DNA of 61,514 nucleotides, filler included, from Hausera hauseri (Eukaryota): NCBI GenBank assembly GCA_046269625.1. It is 10 parts of 10 records of this genome, joined end to end, with 100 filler letters (N's around TTAATTAATTAA, not from the genome) between each part and the next. Parts side by side here need not be neighbours in the genome. Positions count along the whole stretch, not along the records: positions 52,668 to 57,415 come from JBJURY010451135.1; positions 57,516 to 61,514 come from JBJURY010828861.1; 8 more parts are not named here. The stretch is one strand, 5' to 3'. The notes beneath the pieces were generated by a model that made no database searches, had not been told where the DNA came from, and was given only the letters and a program-made list of their open reading frames with translations. Below are positions 53,946 through 61,514 of this stretch, piece after piece. The stretch's first letter is position 1, and each line of letters begins with the position of its first letter. The translations under genes were made by a program, and so were the position numbers.

Positions 53946-54289
53946 AATTATATGATCCCCTAAAATGCAAAACTTAACTATACATCCTGTTGCTTCAAAC
54001 GTAGCATCATATTTCAAAATTTAACACGCTTAATCTGCATTAGCTAAAACATAAATAATTTTTGTCAGAACAAGCAAAAACTTTACTGTTTTAAAAATAC
54101 GCATTTGTTTAATAAATGCAATGCATAAAATACACTGATTACATTTTATGTGACCCTTAACTTTTCATGTTTTTGTTTGTGTACATTTGTTATGAATTAT
54201 TCTTATAACCAACACACCATATTTAACAATTATTTTTAATTTTAATACCCAGAATAGTCATCATTTTTAAAATAACTTTATACATCCGT

Positions 54290-55290
54290 CCTTTCATTGA
54301 TGGAATTAAGTTTTTTAGATATTCCTCCGGCATTTCTTCCCAGGCTCGATAATTTGATGCTTTCTATTGAGAAACGGTGTTATATTGTCATCAATTGGAG
54401 TATATTTTTCGAGAAATGTATTTTGAGCAGTTTCCCATGGGATTCAAGTCGGGAAAACAAGGTGGCCTTGGCAAAACAGGAACTTTATTCTTGGCTAACC
54501 ACTCTTGTGTTGATTTTGAAGCATGAATAGGCGCATTGTGCTATTGGAAAATACTTCCCTGCCAGCAATTCTAACTCTATCACGAAGTAGTCCGCAGCTA
54601 AGTATATCCGGATAATCTTGGGATGTTGATCGTGGGTGTATAAGTTGTAGTTCGCTCCCGCCGCGATACTCAAATGCTGTCCAGAACACACATGAGCTGC
54701 CTCCTACAAAATAGTTTAAAATGTACAAATGTTTAAGAGATGTGCCCCTTAAATTACCAAATTTACGATTTGAAAAAATTTTCTTTTCCTTCCTCAAATC
54801 ATGCCAATTGTACGCGAATCCATCCAGACCGTCAAGGTTGAATTTTTTCTCATCGGAAAATATAACTTTCTCCTACTCTTTCGTCCACGTTGGATGGTCT
54901 TTTACAAATTCAAGACGGTTCTGCTTCTGTTTCCTGCTGAATGGTGGTTGAGTTCTTCGTTTTCGCCATTTTAAATAATTTGTTGATTTTACAGCGTTGT
55001 AGACGGTCCTGAAACTGACTCTAATTGGCAATTGTCTGAATCGATCGAATAGATTCTCTTCCTGAAGCAGCTAAACGTAACACGATTCGTTTGACTATGG
55101 GCTTAAGTACTTGTTTCCTACCTCGGAAATGATTTTACTTTTTATCTTTTTCACCTAGCTTCAATACATTGCGCACAGCGCCAGGAGTACGATTAATTTC
55201 TCTTCGTATTTCTAATTGAATATCCAGTACTTTTAAATGCCAATACCTGACCAACCTCTAACTGACTTAAGTGTTTAGCACGCGCCATTT
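54290..55290 (-). mobile_element. Tc3-like (Tc1 family) transposase, degenerate, with a 54-nt intron
   Basis: MARAKHLS, FSDEKKFNLDG.DG...WHDLRKE, RKFG|GGS..FW.AF (intron 54704-54757) and P..PDLNP. Confidence 0.88.
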
Positions 55291-55899
55291 TATAAATTTT
55301 AGTAAAGCAAAACAAGAAGCGCGCCAAAATAGCAAAAAAGAAGAGTTTGAAAATATATTTTCCATTTTTAAGTTTTACCAAAAGGGGTCATATAAATCGT
55401 AATAACGTCGTTTTAAAACGTTTTTTTACCTTTTGCGTTTTCAAAGATATGAAATCATAAGAATAAATTTGCATATAATAGAGAAAACCTTACTCTTTTA
55501 TCCACAAGCACGAGTACAGTCAAAAAGCATGTGCAAAAAAGGAGGCCATATAAGATGTAATAACTTAAGTGTAAACAAATATAAAGTTATACTCTTTGAA
55601 TTCAGATACCTTGGTAAAGATCAATATTTTCTCCCGAAGCATTTCGTCTTTAGTTTATAATTGTTATTTGATTTATTATTAATTTTACTATTTATTTTTG
55701 TGCTATGTATCTTTTTAATTAAACTATTATACATGCAATGAAACAATCTATTATTATTGACATCGTTTACGTATAATACAAAACTGCAGATGTTTGTGCA
55801 AAAATAGACCTTATATTTATAACAGGCCTGCATTATTTTTCAGTGTAATCATGTGAAGAGGTGTTAAACGACTATATAATGGTGCAAGTGCCCTAAATT

Positions 55900-57290
55900 C
55901 AGTATTGTCAGGAACTACTGATGACGAAAATGAGGATGTCTGGATCTAATGATCAGAATAATAGTGTTGCAGATGCAGAATATGAACTGCCTGAACCTAG
56001 AGTATCTTCTGACGATGAAGGTGACAGTTCTGAAGGTAATTTGCCACAGATTCCATCTTCAGCAAATGAAATTGATGATGATATACAAATGAAGACGATG
56101 ATATTAAAAAGGAATGTAGGCCTAATGTTATGCCTTCTTATAATGAAGTTATTCAGCATGTCAGAGTGCATCGACGCTGTAGCGAAGAGTTACTGAACAG
56201 TACATCGGCAGTAATGGGACCATCTGGCAAACAAATCCTCTTCCAAATGGATGTAGACAGGCCGTAAATGTTATGAAAGCTGTAGGAGGGTTGAGTGTAT
56301 ATGGTCGCCGTCATTGCAATGTAAGTGCTGTTTCCAATTGGAATCTTTTTTGATGACACTATTATGGACACAATTGTACAGTAAACTAATGACAAAGCAA
56401 ACAGCATGGATTCTTATCTTGTAATTGACGCAGATGAACTACGTAAATACATTGGCCTAACTATACTTATTGGCGTATACAAGGGTAGAGGTAAGCCAGT
56501 AAGAGCTATATGGTCAGAGTAAGAAAGACATAACTGCATAAGTCAGTTTATGAGTCGACGAAGATTTGAAATCACCAAATTTCTGAGATTTGATCTTGCA
56601 TGTACTAGACGGAGAAGACGTCTGCAGTCTAGGTTTGCTCCAATGGGAACAGTATTTGATATGTGGGAGCAAAAATTATCACGATCCTATATTCCATTTG
56701 AATGTCACCGTTGATGAAACACTAGTCCCATTCCGTGGCCATTGAAGTTTTAAGCAATACATGCCGTCAAAACCCGCTAAATATAAGAAAGTTTTGGTTT
56801 CTCTGCCATGCATCAACTGGATACTGCGTTCGTATGAAACCTTATCTTGGAAGGGATAATAGAGCATCCAGAACGACCAATGAGTTTGAGTCAGCAAGTT
56901 GTTTTGGATCTAACAATTAACCTTGATGCAGGCATAACAGTCGTTACAGATAATTTCTTTACATTGTTGAATCTCCTGCAAGAACTACGAAGTCGTAATT
57001 TAGGTCTTGGAACCATGAGAAAAAATCGTCAAGAACTTCCAAAAGAGTTCACCCTCAAGACAAGTTATGCCCTTCAATTTTTGGATTCAATGCTGATGCG
57101 ACCCTAGTTTCATTTGCTCCTAAGAAAAACAAGTGAGTCATGCTACTCACCAGTGAACACAAGAGCTGATGTTAATGATGAGTCAAAGAAGCCCATGATA
57201 ATGCTAACTTACAATCAAGGAAAAAGCGGTGTCGATCATTTGGATCAAATTCATGAAGCCTACACATCACGCAAACGCGTTTATACTCTG
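55900..57290 (+). mobile_element. piggyBac transposase (PGBD4-like), degenerate
   Basis: Acidic N-terminus, MSRRRFE..FLRFD, VTVDETLVPFRG, QYMPSKPAKY, VVTDNFFT, GTMRKNR and YNQGKSGVDHLDQ. Confidence 0.9.
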
Positions 57291-57515
57291 GCGAGTAGTT
57301 AGAAGGGACGAGTTGGCGCCAACCCCCCCCCCACCCCCCGGGGAACGAAAAAAACAAACGGAAAGAGGACACATCCCCGGGGAAGAGAAACCGGCGAATG
57401 GAAAGAGGACACGTCNNNNNNNNNNNNNNNNNNNNNNNNNNNNNNNNNNNNNNNNNNNNTTAATTAATTAANNNNNNNNNNNNNNNNNNNNNNNNNNNNN
57501 NNNNNNNNNNNNNNN

Positions 57516-60500
57516 AAATTTGCTTTCCCGGATACAGTGACTGTTTATCCATTAGCCGATCAAAATTTGTTCTAATATCTTCTAAAGTACCAGTTGTAAA
57601 CTGTTCTTTTTCAATTTCGAATGGTGATCTGATGCACAATGAAAAGAACATCTCAGTGTCTTTTGTATTCCGCAGAACAACACGTTTCTTAAATTTCACC
57701 GACTTGCTAAGCGCAAAGCCATTATTCGTCTGCAGCAGGGAGCTATACGGGGCAATTAATGAAACTTCTTCTACTTCTTCTGCATCAGGATAGTCGATTT
57801 GAAGTCTTGGCTGCAATATTCTTGCCGTAATATCCAATCGTATTTGATTAACTAAGTACTGATGATGTCGTACTATTTTATTCTTCACCAACAAATCTTT
57901 AGCATTCAAAGAAATAATGCCCAGCAAATAGTTATATAAATCAATGCCCATATTTTCGTCCCATGTGTAATGCCCATCAGAGGTAGGATCGGCTGGTACA
58001 AAATGAACTGTAATAAATGCAAAAGACTCGGCAGCAATGTGGAGTTGATACGGTTCACAGAAGATGGGAAATTTGGATAGGGTTCCATCATGTGGTCGGA
58101 TGATAGTAGAAATGAAATTCGTAGTTGCATTCAATAATTGAATATCCTCAGAGAACTCGGTTCTATCTGTTGCATTTACATGGTTATCTTTCGAGCAAAC
58201 TGTTCGATCCGTTGCATTTAATACTCTCTCGGTAATTTGCCGAGTTGTGCTACTGTTATCAGTATCAATCGTTTCATCATTTCTGGTATCTGATCGTAAC
58301 GAATCAATATTATTAGATTCTTTAGTCTGACAATTTTCGTGACTAATTGGAAATGGATCGCCAAAATTGACAATGAAATCAATGAGTTTATCATCGGAAT
58401 CATTCGCATTTCGATACATCTCCAAATTTATATACATATCGTATGGACTTTTGTTGTTCAGTCGTATTTGTCTTGTTACAATTTCATGGCCAACGGGTTT
58501 ACTACCTAGTCTAAGAATAGGTTTCTGATCCTTTCTACCAGCAGTCATTGTAAATTCAATAGGAGCTCCAATTATACGAATGGACATAGGAATTGTAATA
58601 GGTTCGGTTTCGACTGTCTCCGTAGTTCCAGAAATCGTAATTTTATCCCCGTATGAACCCCACATATCGTTAAATGCAGTGACTTCAACGACGACCTTTT
58701 CATAACTATCAAGTATTCCACTAGAAGGATTAAAGTCAACTGCCAAACCATTTTTATGCTTAAGTTTGTTTTTGCAAAAATCATAATGCGCCAGATAGTC
58801 TGGTTTGCTTTGTTTGTCTGCAAGATTCGGTTTCAATTTGAAATTTACTTTAACATCATCTGACGATGCTTTGAAATAATCAATCAGAATTGAAAATTTC
58901 GTCACGATAGAAGTCGTATTTTCTATGACGATGTACTTTTTGACGTCTTGAAAGATGGCTACATCTTCACCAAAATCAATGCTTGTATGTCGTTCACATG
59001 AATCAATAGTATCTAAAATACTATATTCCAATCGAGGTCCTCGACATATTCCAACAATTTCCAAAACAATAGGTTCTGTCATATTTTCAATCAAACATGG
59101 AACGAAAATATCTTCCAATTCCGTCACAACAGAGCACGTAACTGCCAATTTTACAATAACTTTACCATTCGGTGATAAAGTTCCTGATTGAGGATCACAA
59201 ATAACGTTCACAACATTTGACTGATCTCCACGAGGACTTTGCCAAACGTATCTACATTCAACATGGCTCTGGTTGCATAAAATGACGTCAAATATTGTTG
59301 GAGAGATGACGTCAAAAATGACGTCAAATATTGTTGGTGGAGATCTGTTTCCTACTAGGGTAACCAAAAGAACTCTGTAATTTGTGCCTCGCAAATCTAA
59401 GGCCATGTAATGTCCACGTTCATTGCCAGTTGGTATTTTCATCTGAAGTGACATTTTTTTCAAAGTAGCATACTGACGTTTCTGTATGTTTTTCGTTAAA
59501 AATTTATTATTTATCGAAACAGTTCCATTGGTTATTCCAGAATGGTAACTCGAAATAGAGTTTGAAGGATAATCCATTGCGGAATGATTCTGGTCAGAGC
59601 TGGAATGTAAAGAAAAGATACTCGGGTTTGGATATGGGGTTAATGGTGAAAACAATGGTTTACAAACGCCGATATCATTAATTTGTGATGAAGATTTCGA
59701 AGGAAGGATGTTTTTAGCCACCACATGATTTGGACACGTTGTATATTTCGGATTTGGTTTTAAAATCGACGACTTCATGCGGCATTTTTTGCTCGCCCTT
59801 AACTTAGGAGCATGACCAGTTCTCTGTACCCTGTTGAAAAGTAAATTCATATGACTGTTCTGAGAAAAGTAATAAAGTGGCGCCGGTGTCAGAGATGGAG
59901 GATGTATGTCGATGTTTGTATAAATCTTATTATGCCTTTTAGATGGATATACATGAGGTTGACAACATGACTGATACATCACAGGAGCAGGTTTCAGTTT
60001 GGGAATATCAGTGAAGACTTTCTCACAAAATGATAATGGGATATTAACGAATTTTAGATTTGGATCGTATTTAACTGATACAATAACGCATTCATCATCA
60101 GAATCATCGGTAATATTGTTATTGTTCTGATCGTGCATCTCGTTCTCAGTGACAGGCACTTTCGTGGTTATAATTACATCTGCATCACTCTGCTCTGATA
60201 TTGTTTCATTGGGAGTCTGACTTCCAACGGATGCAACAGTCGATTCACATTTACCATCATAATGGACACTTTCATTAACATCAGGAGTATCAAGTGGATC
60301 GGTATCGGAATTACAATTAGAATTTACAAGAGGATTCGGAACAAGATGATCGTCAGAATTGTCAGGAAGAGTATTATTTTGACAATAAGGATTTGGTTCT
60401 ATACTTTTTTCAACATTACTGCAATCAGTATTGACCTTTTCAGGTGACTCGATGTCCAGATCTTCCGTATCAATTTGAAGACAATTCGACGGTTGTAATG

Positions 60501-60993
60501 ACACGGGGGAGAGTGTTGAAGTAGCGTTCAATGAATTTTCTGTATTCAAAGCATCTTCTGTGATTGAAAAATTGCACAATTCTTGATCTGATGAGACCCT
60601 TTTAGTTTCTGATTCTTTAATACCATTACTATTTCCTTCAATATTTCCATTCAACAAAACTTTATAATTCTGATTTTCCTTATCCTTACTGATAAACAAC
60701 GAAATATGGTCAAATTGACTACATTCGTCCAATTTCTTGTGCGGTGAACATGACTGTCGTCGTTTGCATTTATTAATTGCTAACGTCAACGCAGCAATGT
60801 CCGGCTTGCTTTTCCGTTGTGCCGTTATTCTTGTCGGTGAAATTGCCGGGGATATGTTAATTTTCACTTTTGGTTCTGTTTTGTTCGATGCATTTTCAGA
60901 TGGTCTGAATGGTTTCAATATTTCTGACACCATTGTTGTTATTTGGTATTCTTGTGATACCGGTATATAAAAAATTCCATTAGTTAATTCCAT
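57516..60993 (-). CDS. Mosaic ORF: hexokinase N-terminus, ~470-aa low-complexity insert, hexokinase phosphate-1 segment, DLEC1/CFAP81 internal region; truncated by spacer
   Basis: VSEILKPF (about 60993-60898) and IPTGNERGHYMALDLRGTNYRVLLVTL (about 59340-59480) are hexokinase-like. 59285-57516 matches DLEC1 (P..G.L.P, PC....M..P..L, DFG, NDMWG.Y.D, R.G...G...VTR..RLNN.SP.D). Confidence 0.8.
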
Positions 60994-61514
60994 TAGTGCG
61001 TCAAAAGAAATGAACGACTGAACTGTTTATTGCTTTTAAAATTTTCTATAATCAATTTCTAAATTAATCATCAAAAAATGACTCATTAAACCGTACAATA
61101 AAATGAAATAGACTAATATAAAACATTCAGTAATCATACAATATATCGAGTTTATTTTGTTTCAAATTCCAAAAATAATAGTTTCCATATGTAATCAAGT
61201 GCAGTGCAACTTTTCCTTTGATTTTGATATCACTTTTTATCGCTGACATCTTGGGGTTTAACATTTTAACCAGCATATGTAATACTGTTGTATGTTTTTT
61301 GTAACATAACGCTTTGGTCTTTTTGACTGTGTTTCAATGGCACTTAGACATCCGCTTTTACTAGAGAAACTTCTCTTTCATAAAATAATCTTCATTTATT
61401 GGTGGTCTCCTGAAAAGATTATTGAGACAAATGAAATGTATCAAAAGACCAGAGAATCGAGAAAAACTGTCAAATTTAAATTCTCCAATTGCATTAAATT
61501 CTCCAATCGTAAAA

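Noticed and set aside
57300-57415. GC-rich contig end with TGGCGCCAAC (Lys-PBS-like) and a short direct repeat
   Set aside because: No LTR end before it; low-complexity contig edge, possibly poor quality.

Overview
AT-rich eukaryotic (animal) DNA with very short spliceosomal introns (about 35-55 nt). The hexokinase fragment resembles flatworm hexokinases, so a flatworm or other spiralian is likely (inference). The window is not contiguous: ten contigs are joined by nine identical artificial 100-bp spacers (44 N + TTAATTAATTAA + 44 N), so adjacency across a spacer means nothing. Most of the sequence is decayed mobile DNA: Ty3/Gypsy, BEL/Pao, Polinton/adintovirus-type PolB (three copies), mariner, Tc1/Tc3, Merlin, piggyBac and MITEs. 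It also holds host pseudogenes (PFKFB, RRP40/EXOSC3, a matrin-type zinc-finger gene), a Kunitz exon and a multi-exon FN3+kringle gene. Most notable: (1) a Gypsy-type element whose 3' (env-position) ORF reads as an FN3/WSxWS - mucin stalk - FN3 - TM - possible SEFIR/TIR-like receptor fused to a degenerate REX4/ISG20-type exonuclease; (2) an endogenous CRESS-DNA-virus-type Rep (HUH + SF3 helicase) carrying host-sized introns; (3) an open 3.5-kb mosaic ORF of hexokinase pieces, an unknown insert and DLEC1; (4) a BEL/Pao Gag with tandem CCCH fingers instead of CCHC knuckles; (5) a covarying GAGAAC-loop hairpin at a fixed distance from the end of three divergent LTRs. All family assignments are by-eye motif recognition; no searches were run.
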